Positions 26,513-34,742 of a stretch of 64,000 nt of DNA are shown in pieces. The stretch is from a virus (Duplodnaviria > Caudoviricetes), in IMG/VR virus record IMGVR_UViG_3300033069_001193, positions 1 through 64,000 of that record; one strand, given 5' to 3'. The translations under genes were made by a program, and so were the position numbers. Under the pieces are notes generated by a model. It was not told the DNA's origin. It did not search any database and was given only the letters and a program-made list of their open reading frames with translations. Position 1 is the first letter of the stretch, and each line of letters begins with the position of its first letter.

Positions 26513-29032
26513 GGAGAACGTCTTCTTCAGGATTTCATTGATGCGCTTGTCGCCCCATTCGATCTCCTTGCCTTCGTTCTTCGCCTCGAGGTACAGCTTG
26601 TCGACCTTGGCGGCAAGAGGACCTGGACGGTAGATCGACGTCAGGGTCGCGATGTCGATGACGCTCTTGGGTTGAGCCCTCACGAAGAGACGCTGTGCGC
26701 CGGTTCCGGTGCACTGGAAGATACCAGCCCAGCGGCCCCGAGCGTAGACCTCATAGGGCTTGGGATCATCGAAGTTGATGACGTTAGGCGCCAGGTGCGT
26801 TTCGTACCAGGCCTTGATCTGGTCGAAGGTGGGCGTCGGATTGCCTTCCTTCATCAGGATGAGCTCGATGGTTCGCTCGATGAGCCGCATCGTCTCCAGG
26901 CCCAGGAGATCGTACTTGATGAACTCGCCCACCTTCTCCAGGTGCTTGTAGTTCACGCCCTCGACCCAGGGTGACTGCGGTTCACGAACGTCGCCCTTCC
27001 CCTTTGACGTGACCAGGGGCATCTTGCTGGGCAGGTCGTCGGCGATCAACACGCCACCGGCGTGGCGACCCAGCGACCTGTTCTGCTTGAAGAGCACCTT
27101 GATGGACTCGGCGACGACCGGATTCCGGTCGATGAAGTCGCGAAACGACGGGCTGACGGGTTGCGTGCACTCGTCGGTGCAACCCGAGCAAATGGGACGA
27201 GCGTTGGGCTCGTGGCGCTTGGCGCAGACAAAGGCCATCGCGTCGTCGTAGGTGAGGACGAACAGGTTCTTGTCGTCGCCTTCCTTAGTCGTGGCCTTGC
27301 GTACCTCGTCCTCGACGGTGCGAGTGGCCGCGTTGGTCTCCTCGAAAGAAACACCGTAGAACTTCCCGATGTCTTTCACGAGGGTTTTCAATTTGAACGT
27401 ATTGTAGTTCGAGATGGGGACAACGTTCTCCCAACCGAAGAAGTCACGCAGCTGGGCCAGAACCTTGTCACGATCGGCCAGATCGGTGTCGATGTCTGGC
27501 GCGCCCTTCCTATAGACGCTGAGGAAGCGGGCAAAAGGCAGATCCCAGAACAACGGGTCGAGGTCGGTGATGTAGAGGACGTAAGCGACCAGCGAACCGC
27601 CGCCCGAACCGCGCGCAGGGCCCACCAGGCACACTTTTCGCGCGAGCTCCATGATTTTCTGGTAGCTGATGAAGTACACCGCGTTCTTCATCGCCTTGAT
27701 GACGCCCAGTTCCTCCTTCAGGCGGGCAACGTACTCTGGCTTGTCCTGAAGCCCGCGCTTAGTCAAGCCGACCTTGCACAGGTCAACCAGGTGGTTAAAG
27801 GGTGTGGTCCCCTCGGGCACCAGAAGCTTGGTCGGAAACTTGGGTGACCGGTCAGGAGGAACCTCCCCAATGACCTGGTGTGCGATGTCGTGGGTCCGCT
27901 CGATGGCCTCGCACACTAGCTCGTCATCGTAGAACGACGTCCCCACCTTTGACTTCAGGTACTCATCCCACACCTGAGCGGCATTCTTCGGGTACAGCTC
28001 ACACTTCAGGTCGTCCTTCGACTTAGGCAGCGACTCCGGATCGTAGGCCGCGTAGTTCATGAAGCCGAGCTTCTTGTAGAGCTCGCGGTCCTTCCAGCGA
28101 TCGGGATGGTAGTAGTGAGCATCACAGGTGACGACTAGCTGCTTGGTCGTCCCAGCCCGACGGGCGAACTCGATGATGGCTCGGTTGACCAAGTTCTGGG
28201 CGGGCAGCCGATTGAACTGCAACTCCAGGTAGTAGTTGCCCACACCGACCGCACTGGTCATCTGGTCGTAGACGTTGCCGATGCCCGCAATGCACTTCTC
28301 GAGCAGCAGCGGGTCGTCGAGCAACTTCTCCGAGAAGTCATCGAACTTGATCTTCTGGAGCTCTTGGAAGACGGCATAGGCGGGCATCCCGCCGATGCAG
28401 GCGGAGGAGACGACGATGTTGCCTTCTTTACCTGCCTCACGCAGCACCTTCCAGTCGATGCGGGGGAAACCGTAGAAGCCCTTGAGGTACGCCTTGGAGC
28501 AGGCAGCGAAGATGCTGAGCAGGCCTTTTTGGTTCTTGGGCAGGACGACCAGATGGTGCCGACGCTTGATGGGATTGAAGTGTTTGGTCGACTTGGTCTC
28601 GTCCTCATTTTCGATGGTGAGGGCGTTGGTCATCTCGATGTCTTCGGTCTCGTCATTGCCGTCGACGATGGCAATGACCTTCGTTGCGAGCTTCTCCTGC
28701 TCCTTGGCCAGCTTCTCAGCCGCCTTCTTGTCAGCCTTCGCCTGCTCGGCCGCCTCGACGTGGCGTTGCCACTCTTCGAGGTCAGGGTGGTAGTAGGCCT
28801 CCACCCCCGGGATGTACTTGAAGTGCTTGTCCTTGTTGGCCTTCGCCCAGTCCTCGACCCACAACTGCGCGTGGGCATAACTCGACATGTTCCCATGCTC
28901 AGTGATGGCATGGGCGTCGAGTCCATTTTCCATGCAAAACTTAAAGTGATCATCAGGATACCCGAGTCCATCAAAACTCGAGAACATCGTGTGATTGTGA
29001 AGGCCAACAAACCGGTTCGGAGCTCGACTCAT
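26132..29032 (-). CDS. dnaE: DNA polymerase III alpha, N-terminal half (PHP + Pol), ending in a split-intein N-fragment
   Basis: LHNHTMFSSFDG, PGVEAY, GPARGSGGGSLVAY, PDIDTD, GRHAGGV, KYDLLGL, RPGPL, then FS|CLTGD. Confidence 0.95.
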   Translation of the reverse strand: MSRAPNRFVGLHNHTMFSSFDGLGYPDDHFKFCMENGLDAHAITEHGNMSSYAHAQLWVEDWAKANKDKHFKYIPGVEAYYHPDLEEWQRHVEAAEQAKADKKAAEKLAKEQEKLATKVIAIVDGNDETEDIEMTNALTIENEDETKSTKHFNPIKRRHHLVVLPKNQKGLLSIFAACSKAYLKGFYGFPRIDWKVLREAGKEGNIVVSSACIGGMPAYAVFQELQKIKFDDFSEKLLDDPLLLEKCIAGIGNVYDQMTSAVGVGNYYLELQFNRLPAQNLVNRAIIEFARRAGTTKQLVVTCDAHYYHPDRWKDRELYKKLGFMNYAAYDPESLPKSKDDLKCELYPKNAAQVWDEYLKSKVGTSFYDDELVCEAIERTHDIAHQVIGEVPPDRSPKFPTKLLVPEGTTPFNHLVDLCKVGLTKRGLQDKPEYVARLKEELGVIKAMKNAVYFISYQKIMELARKVCLVGPARGSGGGSLVAYVLYITDLDPLFWDLPFARFLSVYRKGAPDIDTDLADRDKVLAQLRDFFGWENVVPISNYNTFKLKTLVKDIGKFYGVSFEETNAATRTVEDEVRKATTKEGDDKNLFVLTYDDAMAFVCAKRHEPNARPICSGCTDECTQPVSPSFRDFIDRNPVVAESIKVLFKQNRSLGRHAGGVLIADDLPSKMPLVTSKGKGDVREPQSPWVEGVNYKHLEKVGEFIKYDLLGLETMRLIERTIELILMKEGNPTPTFDQIKAWYETHLAPNVINFDDPKPYEVYARGRWAGIFQCTGTGAQRLFVRAQPKSVIDIATLTSIYRPGPLAAKVDKLYLEAKNEGKEIEWGDKRINEILKKTFSCLTGDAKVMTDYGEFTIKEIVDQQMVGVTLPSYNEETGELEQDEIVAAVCNGVKEVIELDTDVGVIKLTADHLVMTQRGWIKAGQLTLDDEILSIKDYTYLSGAALEDEQTREEMSDVQKDVFDKK

Positions 29033-29643
29033 TCTTGTTTCAAGATACCATAGTTTTTGGTCTTACTACACTGCAGGTACTTTTGAGCGTTCACCACAAA
29101 TTTAGAATCCTCCACGACAGCAAGCTTCAGATTGCACGGTCTACAAAGCAGTCCACGGATCTGACCAGACGCATGATCATGATCAACTGCAATGTTGTCT
29201 TCTGTCAGAAGATTTTCGCACAGGGGACAACGATCCGATTGCTCACTTGAAATCGTGTCATATTCCTTCTTACCAATTCCGTAACGCTGGATGCGTCTAC
29301 AAAACACCGGCGACGGCGCGCACGAGTGACAGTAGATCTGATTCCCAGATTGCGGGGTGTATTCATCGCCACATTGTTTACACGACTTGACAGGATGCGT
29401 CCGATTCCTGATCGCTGAAAGGTGCTTCTCAGACTGCGCATTTCGCGATCGCTTAAGCTCAAAGCGATGGATTGCGTAGTGGACTTGGCCAAGAGTCAAG
29501 TCTAGACCGCGAGCAAGAAGCAATTCACGGATTTCAGCAGCAGATCGACATTCATTGAGGTACCAGACCGTGATATTGGTACGAAATGCGTCAAGCTGTT
29601 CTTGTTGCTTCGCCCTGGCAGTGTTACGGTTTTTGGCGCCCAC
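29029..29643 (-). CDS. Endonuclease VII-family (His-Me finger) putative homing endonuclease
   Basis: CPLCE..IAVDHDHASGQIRGLLCRPCN; upstream TACAAT 8 nt from GTG; lower GC. Confidence 0.85.
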   Translation of the reverse strand: MGAKNRNTARAKQQEQLDAFRTNITVWYLNECRSAAEIRELLLARGLDLTLGQVHYAIHRFELKRSRNAQSEKHLSAIRNRTHPVKSCKQCGDEYTPQSGNQIYCHSCAPSPVFCRRIQRYGIGKKEYDTISSEQSDRCPLCENLLTEDNIAVDHDHASGQIRGLLCRPCNLKLAVVEDSKFVVNAQKYLQCSKTKNYGILKQE

Positions 29644-29898
29644 AAGGTGACATTGTACTACCCGAAGTGGGAAAACTGCACCATCAGTCCATTCCCGTAG
29701 ATCTCTTGACGGCGTTCAAGAGGTCATAGTGCTCGCTGACAAATCAACCCTTCGTCATTACAATAACGACGTCACCTAAGGACAACAATGACGTGGTCCG
29801 ACGTGGGCCTATTCAAGTTGAGCGGCTACAACTCGTGTAGGAGAGCTAACGTCTCATCGCTTGACTTGTCGAACGGTTTACGCAGCAGCGTTCGTGGA

Positions 29899-30216
29899 TC
29901 ACAAGTCATCGACGTCAGTCGGTGACGCTCCCTCATTCTTTTGTCCATCTTTCTTCTCTGCTTCAGCCACGCCCGGGAGGACAAGCGCCAATGACGTTAC
30001 GAAGGCTGTGAACAGCCCAGCACCAGTCGTGACGCTAGTAAAGTACTGTGCAACAAGAGGCAAGTCAAGGACAAGTACGGGAAGAGAGATCGAGAGCCAC
30101 CTTGGCATCTTGGCCCAGAACGGCCTGAATGCGACAATAAGCTTCGTAGCAGCGAGCGCGCTCGCTGAGACGTATGATGCGATGTCAACGGGGGTTAGAT
30201 TCTCAGGAGCGTTCAT
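29899..30216 (-). CDS. Small membrane protein (holin-like topology possible)
   Basis: 2-3 hydrophobic segments plus charged C-tail; TATTTAG 4 nt upstream. Confidence 0.55.
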   Translation of the reverse strand: MNAPENLTPVDIASYVSASALAATKLIVAFRPFWAKMPRWLSISLPVLVLDLPLVAQYFTSVTTGAGLFTAFVTSLALVLPGVAEAEKKDGQKNEGASPTDVDDL

Positions 30217-30281
30217 GCTCCTAAATATCTAACCAACCTTGCCTTCACACTGCACGCTTCTCACAATCTCTTTGACATTTT

Positions 30282-31247
30282 TCACTTGACGATCTCTCTA
30301 AAATACTTGATCGAATGACTTAGACCTTCGGCGAGCATCACTCGAGGCTCCCACTTCAAGATCTCTTTAGCCTTCGTGATATCAGGACGACGTTGAAGTG
30401 GATCGTCAACTGGCAACGGCAGTACCTCTAGCTCAACTTCCTTGTCTACCACCTTGCAGACCTCATCTGCGAGCTCCTTGACGGTAAATTCGACAGGATT
30501 TCCCAGGTTGATGGGTCCCCCGGGGTTCGCTGACAGTTCACCCATCGCCACGATCCCACGAATCAAGTCATCAACGTAGCAAAATGACCGGGTCTGTGCG
30601 CCAGTACCGTAAATTGTCAGCTTTTCACCGCGGAGTACCTGACAGATGAAATTGCTGACGACTCTGCCGTCTCGGGGGTCCATGTGCGGTCCGTAGGTGT
30701 TGAAGATCCGGACCGTTCGAACGTCTGCCCACCGATGTGACCAAAAGTCGAAACACAGGGCCTCTGCTGCCCGCTTGCCTTCGTCGTAGCAGGCACGAGG
30801 ACCATACGAATTGACGTAGCCGCGGTAACTCTCTTCTTGCGGTGACTGGTCGGGGTCACCATAGACCTCAGACGTTGAGGCGTGGACGACAACGGCACGC
30901 GCCGCGGCGGCCAGCTCCAGGACATTCTTGGTGCCCGCCACGCACGTCATCAGGGTGTGAACAGGCATCGCCTGGTACTTGGGAGGGGAAGCAGGACAGG
31001 CGAAGTTGTAGATCAGATCGAACTTGACCCTCTTGATGCTTTGTCTCCACCCACCTTCGAATGTGCTGATGTCTCCTGTCAGGAAGGTGAAATGATCGTA
31101 CGAGAGCAGCTCTCGATAGTGATCGCTACCCCTACTCGACGAGCAAAAGTCATCTACACCCCAGACCCGGTCACCTGCGCGCAGGTGATGCAGCGCCAGG
31201 TGTGAACCTAGGAAGCCAGCAACACCGGTCACCAAGACGTTCTTCAT
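30282..31247 (-). CDS. UDP-glucuronate decarboxylase (UDP-xylose synthase)-like SDR
   Basis: LVTGVAGFLGSHL, YNFACPASPPKYQ, ASTSEVYGDP, GYVNSYGPRACYDEGKRAAE, RIFNTYGP, QTRSFCYVDDL, DDPLQRRPDI. Confidence 0.88.
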   Translation of the reverse strand: MKNVLVTGVAGFLGSHLALHHLRAGDRVWGVDDFCSSSRGSDHYRELLSYDHFTFLTGDISTFEGGWRQSIKRVKFDLIYNFACPASPPKYQAMPVHTLMTCVAGTKNVLELAAAARAVVVHASTSEVYGDPDQSPQEESYRGYVNSYGPRACYDEGKRAAEALCFDFWSHRWADVRTVRIFNTYGPHMDPRDGRVVSNFICQVLRGEKLTIYGTGAQTRSFCYVDDLIRGIVAMGELSANPGGPINLGNPVEFTVKELADEVCKVVDKEVELEVLPLPVDDPLQRRPDITKAKEILKWEPRVMLAEGLSHSIKYFREIVK

Positions 31248-31300
31248 TGCCTAGAATGTACCTCGCGACCGGTCAGCTGTTCAGGCGCCTACTTACAGGC

Positions 31301-31498
31301 ATGGCACATCGACTTGACGAAGGCACAGTTCAACAGCTCGAAAAGGCGCTCAATGAGCGGTTCGGTGATCCGCTGTCGACAGTGATCCAGGAGGTGCAGG
31401 TCGCAGAACCTGCGACCTGCAACAAGTGTGGTTTCATGGCCGAGGACGACGAAATGACGTGTCAAAACTGCGGTTCCATGCCATCATCATTGTACTGA
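31301..31498 (+). CDS. Small zinc-ribbon protein
   Basis: CNKCG..CQNCG; TACTTAC 4 nt upstream of ATG. Confidence 0.6.
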   Translation: MAHRLDEGTVQQLEKALNERFGDPLSTVIQEVQVAEPATCNKCGFMAEDDEMTCQNCGSMPSSLY

Positions 31499-32041
31499 TC
31501 AGCCATCGCTCGGATCCCACGTCTGCTCGTGGCCTGAATCATCCATCTTTTTGACACGCATCCTGTTGCCGTCTGGCGTCATGGTCGCGTATTCACCGCC
31601 CTTGAACCGGGTATCAGGTCCAGACTTGTAGAGCTGCTTCTTGACGCGAGCCACAGCAGGAGCGCCGTAGCGGCCACCGCCCGGGTAGACCTTGTACGTC
31701 TCCTTGGCCTTTGAAGGCGCGCGCGGGGCCCTAGGTTCACCAGGCACGCCAGCAGCTGGTGCCATAGCAGGATCCTGACGCAACCTGACTACACCGGCAC
31801 GACGCAGTTTCTTGGCCATGTCAGGTTCAATGTACTTCTCGTCGGCCAGAATCGCATTTCGATCTTCTCGACCGATGCCAGCACTGAGCAGGGCGACTCG
31901 GATCCGTTCAATGTTGCCGACCCATGACGTCACCTCACCTGTGAAGTCATCGACCGAATGCACCACGGTTTCGCGAGCGTCCAAGGTCTCCGCTTCCTCG
32001 CGGAGAAGTCCACGCAATTGTCCAACAGTGATCTTGATCAC
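31499..32041 (-). CDS. Hypothetical protein with shared N-terminal motif and shared C-terminal domain
   Basis: MIKITVGQLRGLLREEAE; TYKVYPG..RVKKQLYKSGPDTRFK..MRV..GHEQTWDP. Confidence 0.7.
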   Translation of the reverse strand: MIKITVGQLRGLLREEAETLDARETVVHSVDDFTGEVTSWVGNIERIRVALLSAGIGREDRNAILADEKYIEPDMAKKLRRAGVVRLRQDPAMAPAAGVPGEPRAPRAPSKAKETYKVYPGGGRYGAPAVARVKKQLYKSGPDTRFKGGEYATMTPDGNRMRVKKMDDSGHEQTWDPSDG

Positions 32042-32619
32042 ATTCCCAGCGCATTCTGAGCGCATTTGCGCCCCAACAGGTAAACGTGCTTCTCGTGTCT
32101 GTCTGCAATTGATTGCAGCAAGTTCTCGATACCAGACGTGGTGGTGCCGTTCTGATCCATGCTTTGCAACGCCATGTCAACGTACTGCAAGAGATTGCGT
32201 TCCGCACTCAGCGACGCCTTTGCGAGCTCACTGGTGTGTGGAACGGTCTGCGGTGAGTCCATATCCTGGGCGAGTCTCACCATTTGATGCAGCTGCGTCA
32301 CCAAGGTGACGTTCTGCTCGCTGCCCAGGCCCACCGCCTTCTCAGCCACCTCGTCGGCGTCTTCTAGTGTCCGCTCGTACAGCTTGTAGAACAGTTCATG
32401 GTCGCCGTAGAACTGGTCTCCCTTGGCGACCCAATGGTGCGTCTGGTGCAACATGGCCAGGTAACGCAAGGAAGCCAATAGCTGTGACAGCTCAGCATAA
32501 GGCACGCCTGCGTGGCTGGCCAACGAGTTGTCGTAGGCAAGCTCAGGAGGCGGTCCCGCAGAGGGTGCACCGCCCTCCTCAGATGCTGCGACCTGGATCC
32601 ATTCAGCCAGCGTCCTCAT
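32038..32619 (-). CDS. Dps/ferritin-like protein
   Basis: LHQTHHWVAKGDQFYGDHELF..LYE..ADEVAEK..IADRHEKHVYLL. Confidence 0.75.
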   Translation of the reverse strand: MRTLAEWIQVAASEEGGAPSAGPPPELAYDNSLASHAGVPYAELSQLLASLRYLAMLHQTHHWVAKGDQFYGDHELFYKLYERTLEDADEVAEKAVGLGSEQNVTLVTQLHQMVRLAQDMDSPQTVPHTSELAKASLSAERNLLQYVDMALQSMDQNGTTTSGIENLLQSIADRHEKHVYLLGRKCAQNALGM

Positions 32620-32631
32620 CGTTGAGATCCT

Positions 32632-33792
32632 TCACTTCAGGATGCAGGTGAAGCCGACCTTGCCTTGGTCAGACGGATGTACCGTCCACTCCAAACGCAT
32701 CGGTTCGCCCGCCTGTGCCTGCCGACGATTCCAGTTTTCACAGAAGACGTCAAGGGCCCGTTCATCGACGGGCCGGAAGCTACCGTGGTGAGGCAACCAG
32801 CCGACGCAGGGGACCAGCGTCTGCTTGGCATTGCCTTCGCCAAGGCGGTACTTCCTGATGCCCAGCGGCATGATGCTCTCCTTGATCTGGAAGACCCGAG
32901 CGGCCCTCTCGAGGTATTGATCGCGGGTCAGCTGACTCTCAACGAGGGTCCAGACTTCGTCGACCTGCTCCTTAAACTCGGGCATCATGCCCTCCTCAAT
33001 GAGCTCATGCTCGGCCTGACCTTTAAGCCAGGTGAGAGTCTCATTGAGGGCGTCACGCTTCAGTGCCATATCTTCCTTCTCCTTGATGAGCCGCTGAACG
33101 TTTTTCAGCAGCTTCATCTCATCGACCTCGACACCAGACGTCTCCCTGAGACTGACACAGTAGCGATGTACTGCAATCTCTTCCCAGGAATGCTCGATGT
33201 TCTTCCCGTACTCGTACATCAGGTTTTGTGCCTGTGCCTGGTACCAGGCCTCCGTCAGTTCAGGACCTTGACCCGTCCGGACTGTGTCGCCGAGACGTTC
33301 CTTGTCCTTCGTCGGATCGTGACCGATAGGCTGCTGGGCTGGCTTCTTGATGCCCGCCTCGTGCAGTTTCTTCTGCCGGAAGATGGCACGCAGGCCATCA
33401 TCCTTGGGGAAGCGTTTGATCATCTCACGAATTGCATTGAGAGACAGTCGACCCGCGGCCGCGGCGCGAACCTCAGGGCTCCTGTCATTGGCAGCCCTGG
33501 ACAGGAAACGTTCCGGGACGATACGAGCAGCAAACTTGCGGATCTCTGGATCACGGTGATCCAGCCACTTAGGCGTCAATCGAGACTCCCACTCTAAGGC
33601 GTCGATTCGGCCCGTCCGGGTCAGCACGTCGAGGCGGTCGTTGGCAGCGGCAACCACTTCGTGAAGCCGTCCTTCCGTCACCACGACCGGTCCCAGGACT
33701 CGACCGATCTCGGCCTTGAGCTCTTGCCCGTGCCGTTCCTCGTCGAGCGTCCTGTCTAGCAGCTTTTGAAGGGAATTGAGCTTCAGGTGCAT
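32632..33792 (-). CDS. Hypothetical protein with HEAT-like segment and shared N-terminal motif
   Basis: MHLKLNSLQKLLDRTLDEE; DHRDPEIRKFAAR..DRSPEVRAAAA; several LxE motifs. Confidence 0.65.
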   Translation of the reverse strand: MHLKLNSLQKLLDRTLDEERHGQELKAEIGRVLGPVVVTEGRLHEVVAAANDRLDVLTRTGRIDALEWESRLTPKWLDHRDPEIRKFAARIVPERFLSRAANDRSPEVRAAAAGRLSLNAIREMIKRFPKDDGLRAIFRQKKLHEAGIKKPAQQPIGHDPTKDKERLGDTVRTGQGPELTEAWYQAQAQNLMYEYGKNIEHSWEEIAVHRYCVSLRETSGVEVDEMKLLKNVQRLIKEKEDMALKRDALNETLTWLKGQAEHELIEEGMMPEFKEQVDEVWTLVESQLTRDQYLERAARVFQIKESIMPLGIRKYRLGEGNAKQTLVPCVGWLPHHGSFRPVDERALDVFCENWNRRQAQAGEPMRLEWTVHPSDQGKVGFTCILK

Positions 33793-33852
33793 ACGCGAGG
33801 GCTCCTGAAGCTGTAACTATGGCGCCCGCTCGCCGTTTGGACATCAGGCAAC

Positions 33853-33871
33853 CACAGACATTCTGTCTGTG
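33853..33871. terminator. Intergenic hairpin
   Basis: cacagac-attct-gtctgtg perfect 7-bp stem. Confidence 0.45.
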
Positions 33872-33882
33872 TTGAGATTGCG

Positions 33883-34050
33883 CTAGGCGCTGTTATCGTA
33901 GATCACAGGTTCTGATCGGTTGGGAACTGTCAGCGTCCTCTTCAATTGTTGTCGGCGCCATTTACGCATCAGCTTCTTCGCCGTGCGACGCTGCCTCGTT
34001 GTCCACAATGACTCCCACTGCCTGGCATGACGCCCGTAGCTGAAGGCCAT
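33883..34050 (-). CDS. Small basic hypothetical protein
   Basis: MAFSYGRH..RRTAKKLMRKWRRQQLKR; coupled to HNH stop. Confidence 0.5.
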   Translation of the reverse strand: MAFSYGRHARQWESLWTTRQRRTAKKLMRKWRRQQLKRTLTVPNRSEPVIYDNSA

Positions 34051-34583
34051 CAGTCTTCTTTCGGAATGTACGACTCCCATGAATCGTGCCAGTGACTGGA
34101 CTTCATGGCATCCCAGAAGTGGGTGGCCGAAGGCGCCGATGGCTTGCGTGCCAGCGGCATGCCCGCCTCGTCAGGCGTCTTGTTTGCCTTGCGTTTGTTG
34201 CAGGCATGACATGCCGCGACGCAGTTATGCCACGTTGTCTTGCCGCCTCGGGAAGAGGGCATCACATGCTCGAGCTCGACTGTGGCAGCCGTCAGCTTGG
34301 TACCGCAGTACTGGCACCGCCAGTTGTCACGGTTGAACAACACGCGCTTTCGGAAACGCGGTGGCTTCCACTTCTTGTTGATCCGATTGATCAGGCGCAT
34401 GGTCGCCGGCACCTCGATAGCCGTCGAGGGCGACCGGAAGAACTCGCCATTCCAAACCGCCGGCTTGCCATCGAGCCCGTACACGACCTCAGCCGTCCCC
34501 TTGTAGAAGTGGATGACGGCCTCCACGTCACTGATGAAGCGCAGAGGCGTGTAGTCAGCATTGAGCAAAAGGGCACGGTGCAC
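34050..34583 (-). CDS. HNH endonuclease
   Basis: LLLNADYTPL, VLFNRDNWRCQYCG, ELEHVMPSSRGG..WHNCVAACHACNKRK. Confidence 0.9.
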   Translation of the reverse strand: MHRALLLNADYTPLRFISDVEAVIHFYKGTAEVVYGLDGKPAVWNGEFFRSPSTAIEVPATMRLINRINKKWKPPRFRKRVLFNRDNWRCQYCGTKLTAATVELEHVMPSSRGGKTTWHNCVAACHACNKRKANKTPDEAGMPLARKPSAPSATHFWDAMKSSHWHDSWESYIPKED

Positions 34584-34647
34584 GAGCGGTTCCTCCTATC
34601 CGACTGTATACCTAGGCGGCACAATGTGCACGGTTGGGATGCAATGA

Positions 34648-34737
34648 CCTTAGCCCGCTTGGGGCCCTCACCCGAAGGCTACTAGAATAATCGGGAGACC
34701 GACGACGGGGTAACCTAAGGCTCACATGGGCCTTTTT
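34648..34737 (+). ncRNA. Candidate structured non-coding RNA followed by a terminator-like hairpin
   Basis: ccttag/ctaagg closing helix around three small hairpins; aggctc-acat-gggcct + TTTT. Confidence 0.3.
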
Positions 34738-34742
34738 CGTGT

